Shown here: in pieces, positions 14,697 to 28,600 of the stretch | Layout of the letters: each line of letters opens with the position of its first letter | Numbering within the stretch: the stretch's first letter is position 1 | Assembly (NCBI RefSeq): GCF_006345805.1 | Contig: NC_043010.1 | Coordinates: 64,728,001-64,792,000 of the forward strand | Reading direction: 5' to 3' | From: Octopus sinensis | Taxonomy: Eukaryota | Length of the DNA: 64,000 nucleotides | Notes under the pieces: generated by a model | Database searches by the model: none | What the model was told of the DNA's origin: nothing | Seen by the model: the letters and a program-made list of their open reading frames with translations, nothing else | Made by a program: the position numbers and the translations under genes

Positions 14697-16433
14697 AACA
14701 TATATACGTATATATACATGCATATATGTACGTACGTGTCTATGTATGTATAGTTATTCAGTTATTCATGTTTATGCATATGTATATCTATCGTTAGCGT
14801 CTAGATTCTCTATAATCCTAAAACTAAATTCTTGAGAATCTGTAAAGTATGAACACACTATTACCAGTGTAATTCAGGAGAAGTCTCCATACATTCTAAA
14901 TGTATTAACGGTTTAACATATCAATAGGATAGCATCTTAAGGTAGTGAATAATCTAGTTTTTATACTTTTTTCTGAAACTTATGGTTATTCGGGAAGTCT
15001 TAGACTCTACTAAATATACACACAGACATATATGATTATGTATATAAATGAAAAGTTATGCATAAATTGTCCAATTTCCACAAAATTATTTCCTATATTC
15101 TTGTCCATAATACATTCCTTAAGGATATACTTCATATCTTGTAGCAAGCATATTTTCAGTGATACTACACTCATATCCAAATAATACTGTTAACCAAAGA
15201 TGATTTACTGATCAGATTAAGTACTCACTCACACATTACCCACAAAATTACGAACCAAAAGTATAAAAGGAATAATCTTATGATTTAGTCTGTCATTCAT
15301 TACTTCTAAAAAAAATACTGATTGTTAAAATCTTTTTTAATTTACGATCCAGAGACATCCCTAATAATCATGAGTTTTATAAAATCTCCAACAAAATTAC
15401 AATGAAACTTTATTGCAATGCATACCTGGTTCTTCTTACTCATAATCTATCGTTCAATAGTGAGACGTCCTATCGCAGTTTTACGGTACAATACATCTGT
15501 ACTGTATTTTTCTTATCAAAGAACTAATATATAGAGCTATAACAAACACAAACTCTTCCTCTTTATCGACGTCAGACTTATCCCATCAACACTGCTAAAC
15601 ATTCAAACAGTAACGTCACACTTCGTTTGCTTCTTTAGCTTTCCATTATCGTTTCTTTAATAGATTTCAATGCTACTGGAAAATTCTATTCTTCCCAATA
15701 AAATATAACATCGTAATCACAAGACTTGCCAAAGTTTTAAGGAATTCAAACCTACTATCTTATGTTTTGATCGATTACTTCTGCCGTGTTTGTATATATT
15801 GTAACATTGGATGTCTATATTTATGTATACAACTTTATACACATGTCTATCTCCATACATTTTTGAAAGGACAGTATGTTACAAGAGTCGAACATCTTTG
15901 TGTATTTATTTATGTATGTACTGCTTAAAGACGAGCAATGAAAACTTAACATCTACATTCCCTCTACTGGTTGTCTGCTGGGGAGTTGTGAATCCGATTT
16001 CAACGAGTTACGGCAAGATCACTATCACCCAGTGAGGTCAGTAATCTGCAACATAATCTAATACAACCATTTGTAGCAGAGGAGCAAGCTGAAAAGATGT
16101 ATAAAGGAGAAGAGATTTATACATTATAAGACCACAGGCATAAGCACTTTGACATAAAATTATGAGGTAGAAATCAACTTGACACTGTGTAACAACAGTT
16201 GACCAATGTTAGGCATGTTAATTACAAGTGCACTCCATCCCCTACACTTCTAAATAATGTCCGTCTGAAAAAGTTCCCTCACAACGTTGGATCGACTCGA
16301 GACTAAGGCAAAGAAGCTTGATCAAATATAGCAAGCAGTGGGATCAAACTGGAACTCTCATATTTTATACAGAAATTTCTTCGAAATTCAAGCCGTAAGC
16401 GCATCACACACACACACAAACACATACACACAT

Positions 16434-16479
<46 letters not shown>

Positions 16480-19400
16480 TTAAATATATATATGTGTGTG
16501 TGTGTGTTTGCGAGTATGTATGCATGCTTATATAAATGTGTATGCGTGTTTGTGTTTATGTGTGCATGCATAATATATACATCCATACATATATGTATAA
16601 AGGTAATTTAACCAGGAATGTTTCTGTTGTAAAAGCTCCCCGATAGACATGATATCATTTCAATAAAATTATAGCTAAAATATTTATTTCTTACAACATA
16701 CCTTTCCTGCAGTAATCGTATCGTTTAATGCGATTATAGTATTACATTTTAATTGCCAAATCATCCTCCAAAAGTCTGTCAGTGTACTTTGTGTAGGACC
16801 TATTTAAATAAAAGAAGTATAAAATAAAACCCAAAAGAAAATTTCAAGAAATATTATAATATTCCCTGCATTCTGTTCATATCTAACCCTGTTTGTTGTC
16901 ATTTGTACTAATCTGGTTGGCACTGTCCTGTACGTTCTGTTTCCCACAGTCAATAAGCTCTAAAACTTCAACTACGAGCCATGAGATTTGCCTTTCAGAG
17001 TCTAACATTATAAGTAATTTCCATTGGAAAATAGAGCTATGTTCGATAATTATAGATGTCAATGATATATAAGATATATCATATATGAATATTCTTCAAA
17101 GAACAACTAAATGATAAACTAGAGTTCATTTTTTCTTTTGCATGCGATTTCAGTTTGCATCCGACGTTTCAACATTGAGTTTGTGCGTATGAGTAGATAC
17201 GTATACGTTTGTGAGTAGACAGACGTATATCTGAGTATGTGTGCGTATATTAGTGTTTGTGTGTGCCTCTCTGTGTGTGAGCATAATTGTGTATGTGCAA
17301 GTGAAATTTTTCTCTGCCCTCCCGCCATTTGCCTGTCTTATTTTTCTTCTCCACTTTTGTTTGATGTGTTTCTTTCTCATCCTTGCCTGTCTGATGCCTC
17401 GTCCCGTAAATCTTCACTTCATCGCTCCTTGCACTAATAAAACTTTTCTCTGTCTCCGTTCTTTCTAAGGTTGCATTTTAGCAGGACAGAAAATGTAATG
17501 CACACACAGACACACACACGTACGCGTGCTCACACACACACACGTGGCATACATACCACGTATACAGAGAAACGATATAAACATGTAGTACAGTAAATTA
17601 TACAACGGAGTTCCCAATATAAACGAGGGAAATCCATGATAGAGAACATGAAAGTTCTTCGTTAGAGCGGATGTTTTCTGTACAGATGAAAGTAAATATC
17701 TAGAAATATAAATCAGGTACCGGTCTTTGGTAACCATTTATGGAGTATTCGTCTTTAGTTACACCTCTAATGACTATGGTATATATAGAAATGGAATACA
17801 AAGTAAAACCTGGAAAATATTATTTCATTTATTTTATTAAGGTTATTTCTACAGAAATCATAGCCAGCATTGATTTTTTTTGCTACAAATTTTTGTACCG
17901 AGATGTCAGATGTAATCAATGAGATCGGAGACAAAAATGGGTAATGAGTATATATACTATATTTAGGAAGTTTTCGCACTTTCATCAGCAGACATTTAAC
18001 CCACTCTTGCCTCCGAACACACTGTTTATATATCCACCGCATACCAAAGTGTTAAGTAATCAGATATACCAATGTACACATCAAACGCATTCCTGGGGAT
18101 GGTATGTAAGCATTAATGACTTGTAGGTACGTAGTTTTTCGTTATGCAACCATAATATACGTTAAGGTAAAAGTAAAGAGCACAGCTAAGGCAGAAGACA
18201 TGGTGTTGACTCATAAAAACAGTTAATATACTTTATACTCTAACGTTTATTGTTCATTATGGTGCATGACGAAATTCCACGTGCCTACAAATCATTATTA
18301 TTTCATTTATTGAAAGGCCTAAAGAAATTAGGATTCGCACAAAACTTTCAATATGATTATTTTCTTTATCAATATAATTTATAATACATACCTTGACAAG
18401 CAATATAACGCTGGTTCTGAAACAAAGCAAAATTAATTTAAAAGATTAATAAACATGTCATTCATTCAAGTATTAAATAGCAAAGAATGAAATAGGAAAT
18501 TTAATTCACTCTCGAGCTTCCATCTTTGTTAATGGTTATGGTTTCTTATCATTTCTTGTTATAGTAAATCTTACTTTGTTAATATTATTGTTGCTGTAAC
18601 TCATCTTTAGTGCTACATTGAAATGTGAGCATTGATGATTATAAAATTAACAGAGAATCCAACGAAACATTCGTCATCTAGTATATATAAATCGCAGTAT
18701 GTGTGTGTGTAGAGTTTTCCTTACTTTTTAATATTTTTTATAAAAGTGAAACGATTTTTCCTATTTATTTATTTCCACTATCCACCTATATAAATCACAA
18801 TATGTGTGTGTATAATGACTAACGCTTACATTTCCACAATTTTCATCCGATTTTCACCAAACTTTGCACACACATTACTTATGTTCCAACGATCATCATG
18901 CACTATTACGCGTAATTGGACGTAAATGGACATAGTGGAAGCATTTTGTCTAATTATTTCCCTTGTCTACATACGACAGTGATTCAGTTGAGTAGGAACA
19001 CTGTACACGATAAATATCCAATACCAAACTATCTTAATCTACATAATTAAGGTGCAGTAAACTTTGGCACGCTTACCTTTACCTATTCTGAGTTTGCACA
19101 CACATTACTTATGTCCCAATGATGGTCATGCACTATAGCATTTTACCCAGAGCTCCAGCGTAATTGGACGTAAAGGGACATAGACTTTTTGTATGGAGAG
19201 TTTTCTATCTTTTTTTCATCTTTTTATAAAAGTGGAAGCATTTTGTCTAATTATTTCCCTTGTCTACTAAAAAAATTGCAAACTCACTTTTGTGAGGTTG
19301 CGAATCAGTACTTAGTATTACGAACAAGTTAGGTTATGAAATATGATAAACACTCTCTACATTTCTTAAAACTACAGAATGATTTTCAAATATTTAAATA

Positions 19401-22400
19401 GGGAAGAGATGCAATGGCCACATATATGCAGCATCAAAACCAAGACGAGCACAGATTACAGAAAAGAATATGTTATGCTAACGCATAAGAAGATTGAAAG
19501 AAATATTTTGACATACATTGATGAAATTTGCATTGATGTAATCTGAGGAAGATATCTCGTCAGGCTGAAGTTTCACACGTGAATGGTCGTCTGAAATATG
19601 CAACGAAGAAATATATATATACTAATTAGCAAATAGTAGTTATATGAGCAAGAAATAGAAATCACAACGACATCTAAAAGCCAGAAAAATATATTGCTTA
19701 AATTAGTATTTAAAAAATTATCAATAAGAGAAAAAAACTTTAAACAAGCATTATGAATGTCAAGATTAAGGAAAAAAGAGAAGCATGTGAATTTGCATGA
19801 GAGAGAACATAACAAGAAATTATGCACTGAGTCAACATTCCAAATCCTGCTCAATTTAAATCATTCAGTATTCATTTATTTGAACTCTATTCTATTACAA
19901 ACAAGGTGCATTGAATCACTTTTATACAAATGTAGAAACTATTGACTCATCTCATGGTATTTTTTCCTTTATTTCAAGGACTCACTTAGCATAAGTTTCC
20001 TGATTCATGGAGGGTACAAAACTATTTGATAGAAACATTTAAATATTGCTTATAGGGATTTCGCACTAATCCATTTTCTTTCAATTTCTATTGTTGTTAT
20101 AGAGGAAAGGTTATACTTATTTCTCTGCATATCATGACATAGCAACTTTACTCGGTTCTCATATTGATTAAATAAATAAGAAATAAATAACTGAAATAGT
20201 CTAGATTAGGTAATTACACGCAGCATAGGAGTGTGGTATAATAAAACAGCTGTACTGATTTTTTTCAAAATTGTTTCTATTGATTTTTCAGGTACTTTGA
20301 AATTTCCACGTTAAAATTATACAGAGTTCTCATCAATGTTCACTGCAGCTATCTGTATCAGCATCAATGTAGTTAGAGAGAGAATATTTTTCGAGTTGAA
20401 AGAAAAGTTACAATATTCAAGACATAAAAAAGGCATACATTTCATTTCAATTGTTTTCATTTGTATAGTGAGTATGAGGCCTTAAAATATATGAAAGAAA
20501 TCAGTATTTACATGGAAGTATAAAGTTATGCAAATTCTTCCTTGTATTCTCAGGTTTAGTTGCTTCAGTATAAGGCATTGGTAAGGTCTGTGGCAACCTC
20601 TACAAACATATGAAAATGAAAGTCGTACAGTTTTAACAACAACATAAATATTGTTATTATCAGTGACACATAAGGCGGCGATCTGGAAGAATCGTTAGCA
20701 CGCTGGACAAAATGCTTAGCGGTATTTTCCCATCACTACGTTCTGAGTTCAAATTCCGCTGAGTCGACTTTGCCTTTCATCCTTTCGGGGTCGATAATTA
20801 AGTACCAGTTCAGAAGTTGGGTCGATATAATCGACTTACTCCTCCCCAAAATTTCAGGCCTGTGTCTTTAGCAGAAAGATTATTAGTGACACATTATCAA
20901 GAATCTAGTAAATAACAGGAATTAATAACGCATTACTAACAAAATAATCAGTGAAAAGTTATTAACGATATATTTAGTGACACAATGATTTCTGTCCTGA
21001 ACACAAGAGCAATTGTTTTGAGGGGAGTGGATAAGTTGATATTGTAGTTCCCAGTATTTGATTGCTGTTATATTTTATCGACCCCTAAAAGATAAAGAGT
21101 GTCCTCGAAAGGATTTGAACTAAGAAAATAATGAAAGAACAGAAAACAGTTTTACCACACACTCTAACGATTCGGCCGGTTACCGGCAATGTGACACAGT
21201 AGCGATAAATTTAGTGAGAAAATACTAACAAAAGGGCCGATTACTAACAACTCAGTAAATATTAGAGTTCTATCAACACAACACTAGAAATAAAATTAGT
21301 GAAACGTTAACAACATATTTTGTGAAATACTATTAACTATGCAGTAAATGATTCTATAGTAATAATATTATTATAGTATTAACAATGCAGTAAATGACAC
21401 CTAACAAACAATATAGTAAATAGGGCAGTACTAATAATTGGCAAGTATTAATTTTATTTAGTGACAGGCTACTGTCAAACAGTGATATGGTGTACAACAA
21501 AGTAATGAGAGACTATTGTCATTACTATGTAACACTCTACTAATAATAATGTCATTAACAGTTAGCTAATATTGCTAACTTATTTACTTCTACCATGTTA
21601 ATGTTAAAATTTCTCATCTTGGTATTAACATTTTAAACAGTGTTAGGTTAAACATAGCTCATATATGACATTGTACTAACTCGGTTTTTACAAATAATAC
21701 ACAACTAGAAGAAATGAAGTATCACATCTCTCGGATATATTGATACGTTAAATTTATACTGACACTAATAAGAATAGTGCTTCAGTATTAATAATAATGA
21801 GATTACGAATAAACAAAATGTTTGAAAATATTCATAAAAGGCAGTCACTGACCAAGAATTCATCATTATATGGTTCCACTTCCTGTTTCTTCTGAGCAAC
21901 ATAATTCAGTAGATATGAGTGAGACGAGGAACTGTCTTTGTTGATGTATACACCTTCGCTTTCCTTCATCTGTATATCCTCATAGATATGTGCTATGAAT
22001 AATGATAATAAATATTAATAGGAAAAAATGCGCATATACACAAATATTAATAGTTACTAAAAAGTATAAATACGCACTCTTCCAGAAATATACACATATA
22101 TATCTCCTGCCCAATTCAAGATCACAACATACATGTACACTGCAACATAATTTCTTTTCCTCAACAGGCCCTGCCCTATTTAACATTGTCCCGAGGGAGA
22201 TCAAAGAGGAAAAGGATCCCATCAACTTTAAACAGAGTCTGGATAGATTCCTTCAAAGAATACCAGATAAGCCACCCATAATTGGATACAACTCACCCAA
22301 CAAGAACTCACTACTTGAACAAAACTGGATACAACTCACACAACAAGAACTCACTACTTGAACAAAACTTGACTTAAACAGGATTCGAATAATCCTATCA

Positions 22401-22589
22401 GGTGGTGCTATTAAGTTAGACATGGCCTGGACCAATCTTTGGTCGAAACATATCTAAGTTTATCTAAGTTCTAAGTTCATATAGACTCACTTAAAGTGTT
22501 ATGTGTGTGTGTTGTCTGTGTGTATGTGCGTGTGTGTGCGAATGTGTGTGCGTGCGAGTATGTGTGTGTGTCTGTATGTATTATGTGTG

Positions 22590-22634
<45 letters not shown>

Positions 22635-25600
22635 TAATCAAAATACCACATTCATTGAAATTTTACTTGACTTCACATTCTCGCTTTAAATATTAGAAAA
22701 CCACAATTGTATTTTATCCTTACATTTAAATTTCTTTGTTTTCCATTCTCGTTCATTAGCTTAATTTCCTATTTTTCACTCAATGCTTTCTGCATTGTCT
22801 TTTATCTGTTAGGTAATAATTGCGATACTTACCACCAAAGATTTGCACGACATTCACTTTTTCCCATTTCTTACCCGTAATGTTTTCTCAACATACTAGA
22901 CATAGCAGTTGAACTCCTATCAAATGAATTTTCTTCGTAGATCGAAAACATTTAATTTCCCTCGGCCCTTATCATAACGACTTAAACTTATTGTTGATAG
23001 AATACTTCTGTATACATAATGTTATTTTTCATATGATACATATTTTAAAATAAAGTTGTCTTTCTCTTTATAAAGTAACATAATCCATATCTTTTTAAGC
23101 ATTCAGTCACTTGCTCATAACCATCGGAAATCAAATTAAATTATCATCAATATAAAATATTCCGAGTTTCCGATTAGCTTTTAACAATAGAAATTAAAAG
23201 TATTCAGTAACTTGTGAATTCGAATATTGGGTTAACAGAAGTATTTGTAGGTAAAAATCACAAAATGTTACAAATATGGGCTCATGATACGAGAACATTT
23301 TTTGATGTCCTTCGTTATTCATAGCGATGTCATTGTTTGTTTCTTCTCGAGACATACATGTCTCATAAGGGTTGGTTTCCAAGTTTCATTGGCGTATAGT
23401 TTCCCCACCTGGACGGGACGCCTGTCCGTCGCAGGTGAGTGCTTGATGGAGGGGGAAAGGGTGAGAAAAAGTTGTGGCGAAAGGGTCAACAGAAGTTCGC
23501 CATTGCCTAAGCCACACAGAACTTATGTATTTTGTTAATAAACACACACATCGCTCGGCCTGAGGTTTGAACCCACGATCCTTCGACTGAGAGTCCGCTG
23601 CTCTAGCCACTAGGCTATTTCCTCCACATAACCATGTTTTCCAGAAATGAAGAAGCAAATATGTAATGGATCAGATGTCGTCTAAAACTAATCACAGCTG
23701 AAAAATAACTAAATATTCAGGTTAACAATAGGTACTATATAGCAGTGTCAGAGGTGAATCTCGTTGGGTTAAATATGCTGATTTATATCCTTCTGTCCAA
23801 TATCTTATATACTCGAACTGCAGTACGTTTACTTCAACGCCGATGGTGATGTTGAATACATTCAAAGCAAGAATGACAGGTCTACTGAGATTCACTGAGA
23901 TTCACAGAGTTCACCAAATAGTTCAACAGTGCATAATATAAATTTAACTTAAATATAGTACATACACATAATCAATATACACGATAAAGTAAACATGTTA
24001 CTGTACAATAAAATAAATATCAATACACGTTGTCGTCAACAAAGCATGATCGCGCTATGAGCAATTGTAGCCTTCTTAGAGTTTTTTAAATAAATATTTG
24101 TCAACATTTTCAGTTCGTACACATCCTATAAAGACTCAATTCATTTTGTTTGCCATGTGGCAAATGTAGTGAAAGTATGTTTGAAGAAATAGTGAGAGAG
24201 AATAAACCTACCTGTATCATCAGGAATGGCTTGTGAATACATATTTTCCGATGTTTTGCGAATTCTCTTACCACGTTTTGCAATTTGCTTTTTTTTCCTA
24301 TATAAGTATAGATTTATTTCATGAACTACTAATGTGTAAATATCAGTGTGACTGTCTGATTAAAACCAAATAGTTAAATATCATATAGTTATAAGTTACA
24401 AGTAGCATATAGTGTACTATTAATATTGATATATCTCACGTAAATCTATATTGATAGATTAAAATAATTAACAAGAGAACACCAAAGTCTTCATCTTCAT
24501 ACGGGAAATCAGCTGTGTGACACATTACTTCGAATTTAATACTCTTTTATTTATATCATGAATTTCACGACTGATATATCATTGCCAACAGAAAAAAAAC
24601 TTATTTCTTCATTTTTACAAGGATTAAATTTTCATCCTATATAAAATACCGTTATCTTAAATATTATTAAATACATAGCGTGGCGCAACTATATTGTCAT
24701 TGTTTTCATCCCTATATTTTCTGAATTCATTCAGTTACCAATAGATATGAGCTTGATTTTCATTGCATCTAGGTTGATAAAATGAATGTTAAACAATTCT
24801 ATTTTAGTTTTGGAGATGATTCCAACATGCTACACCTATGTCATGTCAGGTTATATCACGGTGCCAATGTAATGAACTACAATTATTAGTAAAAAGTTTC
24901 AAGATTGTAAGGCGGAGATCAGACAGAATCGTTATCACGCCGGGCAAAATGTTTGCAGAATTTTGTCCATATTTACATTATAAGTTCAATTTCAACCGTG
25001 GTTATCTTTGCATTTCATCCTCTCGGGGTCGATGAAATAAGTGTCAGTAATTCTGTCCTTGTACCAACATTCGAAACACGTATATGTCAAGATCGTGTAC
25101 ACATACGCACGCGCAAGCATACACTTAAATATATATCCTTAATGCTTCCGATTTAACATCGCACATGCGTTTTATATTTCTGGATAAAGACTCTTAGCTG
25201 CCGATGCTTAAGGATTTATCATAATATCAGGCTGAATAAAAAGTAAGCAACATTTTGAAACATGAAATTCATTACTATATATTTCAACAATGCGGAAGTA
25301 CCATTACAATCAACACATTTTTTGCCAATGAGTTACACGTTTGTTTATTCCGGTAACATAAAAATCTGGAGTTCAGGTGCTAATGAAATCTTTCAGCATC
25401 GTTTTGCTTTTTGAATGCCTTCTCTCGCAGGAAACCATCAAGGTGACTGAAAAAGTGGTAGTCAGTAGGAGAAAAGTCTGGGGAATAAGCTGAGTGTGGA
25501 AGAACTTTGTAGCCAAGTTCCCTCAATTTCTGGAGTGTCGTTAGTGAAACGTATGGTCGAGCATTGTTATGAAGAATGATCAGCCCTTTTCTGTTGCCCC

Positions 25601-28600
25601 GTCTGGGACAGAGGAGTAGCAGTTTTCCGTTCATTTTGGTAATTTCATGGCAATATGTTTCTACAGTAATGGTTTTTCCGGGTTTTAAGAAGTTATATTG
25701 GATGAGTCCAACAGTACACCACCAAACAGTCACCATGACCTGTTTGAAGAGATCGGGATTCTGGAAAGTTTCCGGTGCTTCATTTTGGTCCAACTATTGC
25801 GAAGAACGTTTTCTTTTATTGCACAGAATCCACTCTACACCGCAAGTTAGAAAACGGTCGAGAAACAGATCGGTCATGTTAGGTAGGAGAGGTGACGAGC
25901 AAATTTCATATCTGAGCATCTTCTGATTTTCATTCAAATTGTGTGCTACCCATTTGTCGAGCTTTTTTTATGCTTTGATCGCACTTGCAGGCAGTTTTCT
26001 GGCTAGCCTGAAGTTCTTTTGCCAGTTCTCGACTGGTTTTACGTGGATCTTACTCAATAACGATCTTTGATTGACCATCATCGATAACTGATGAGCGTCC
26101 ACCATGTTCGCGATCTTCAAGGCCCAGGTCTCACTGCGAAATCGTTTAAAACATTTTGGAGCTGACCAATCACAGGTAATTTCCTAACCAAATCTTTCGT
26201 TGATATTGCGAGATGTTTTAGCTGCTTTACGCCTCTTTTTAGTAGTTGAATAGCAAAATTTCTCGAATGTCGCGCTTTGACAGTTCCATTTCAGATGATT
26301 GTAACAACCGTGAAAAAATATCAATGTTAATTTATTGATGCATTTGGGCAATTCTATTATCAACAATTGGTAAAAAATAAACACTTAAAAATTCAAAACT
26401 CTTCAAACATCCGGCACAAATTCTTCATGGTTCAAAACGTTGATTACTTTTTACTCAACCTGATATAACTTATGTTTTCGTAAAGCTACCTCATGAAATT
26501 TATCGTTATTGCGAGAATAATTGTATCAACGATTCATAAAGTCTCTGTGAACCATGTGACTCATATATTAAAAAAGGATTTGTACCGAGAGAAAATACTA
26601 CCAATGGAAATATCTGAGAGCAGTATATTATATACTTAGTTACGATATTTGACAAGGTACCATATTTTTGATGGAGAAGAGAAATTGGTCGATAAAACTC
26701 TTATAAAGAGAAGAGGCAAATTATCTCAGATCACATCTAGCCGACATTTTCAGTTATTTCTTTCATTGAATGGAATGCTTTACTCTACGAAATACTTTAA
26801 ACACTATTGCAAACTATACCAGAAAATATCTTCTTGACTGTTGAAATATTTTTCAGATACACTGTCTAAATAAACGTAATATCGATTAGACTACATCAAC
26901 ATTATTCAGCGCCTTATTACACTGGTCGACAAGTATTTGTCATCAATCATATATCAAGGTGTACCTAGAATAGTTTTTAATGCTGACTTCAAATATACAA
27001 TTTGTTTTTTGACATCACGTATAGTTTGTAAGATGAGAAAGTCATTTGGTTTTAGCACACGCATCATAGAGAAATTTCAATTAAAATTAGTGACGTGTAT
27101 ACATCATGGAAATATACGTCTAAAATAAACTACATTATTCATTGTTACATAGTTCAGATGTAATATTTCATCATCTTAAATTAACCAATCAAGTTTTGTT
27201 TGATGAAATAGGTATTTCAACATCTCAAATTGTCCAGTTATAGTTGCTCTGATGAAATATTTCTTCATCTCAAATTCAATATAACTATAATTGTTTTATC
27301 TAGTTCCCGACTTCTTTTCTGTGTTAACAATGTCAAGACAGTGCAGAAATTGTTGTGATGTATTTTGTCATGCCTGTGGACAATTTATTGCCAACGCTCA
27401 AAAACTTACAATAACACCAGAGATCAAGAAGATTTATAAGCTATACTTTGACTGTCCTTTTAGAGATCAGGACAAATTATGGGCACCACATATTATCTGC
27501 TTAGCTTGCTCAAATGGCTTATGTGACTGGTCCATTAAGATGAAGAATTCCATGCCTTTTGCCATTCTAATGATAAGGAGGGAGCCGAAAGACCATTTTA
27601 ATGACTGTTGTTCTTGCAAAGTAAATGTCACAGGATATTCTATGCGTAATAAAGACAAAATTGTGTATCCCACTTTGGATTCTGCAATGAGACATATGCC
27701 TCATAATGGAAGTCTGCCAATTCCAGTTCCACCAGATGATGGTATTGAAACATCATATGATGATGCTGACTGTCACGATAGTGCTGCTGTGGATGATTAC
27801 GTGGCTGATGACGATAGCTTTGAACCTGAGGAAAGTTTCCCAAGCTCAACTGAATGACCTTGTTAGAGACCTATCCCTCTCAAAAGATAAAACAGAACTG
27901 TTGCATGAAGACTGAAGAAGTATCTGATAGAACACGGTTATCGAATAACTTATTTGCAGCAGAGAAATGTGGTTCTACAAACGTGATTTTCTATTGAGGA
28001 CTCCCTTTACTTTTGCAGTAACATCGATTGGCTTTTCGAACGTATATGACAAAGCCATGATCCTGCAGAGTGGCATTTATTTATTGACTCTTCAAAATAA
28101 AGTTTAAAAGCTGTACTTCTCCATAATGGTAATTTGAAGCACTCCATTCCTATTGCACACTCCACTCCTTTCATCTTCATGAATTATATGAGAATATGGA
28201 ACTTTTACTTCATGCCGTTGCCTATGAAAGGTATTCATGGAAAATATGCGGAGATTTGAAAATCATTGGAATGTCAATTGGAAGGCAGTCAGGTTTCACA
28301 AAATACTGTTGCTTCTTGTGTCTATGGGATACTCGGGCAACTGACAGATATTATTAGGAATCAAACTGGCAAACAAGAACATCAGGACTGTTCAGCATCA
28401 TGAATACAACTCTTGTAGATCCATGTAATGTCCTAGTGCCCCCTTTGCATATAAAACTTAGACTGATGAAACTGTTTGTAATGACACCAGGGAAGAAGAA
28501 TGGCAGAGGGTTTGAGTATATTATAGAAAACTTACCGAAAAGTCACTCAGGCGAAGTTGAAAGAGAGTATCTTTGTCGAGCCCCAAATTAGAGAAGTACT

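Noticed and set aside
23194-23382. [17 protein letters not shown].. resembling a Tyr-containing juxtamembrane exon
   Set aside because: Overlaps the 3' end of a SINE; the flanking exons already join in phase without it.
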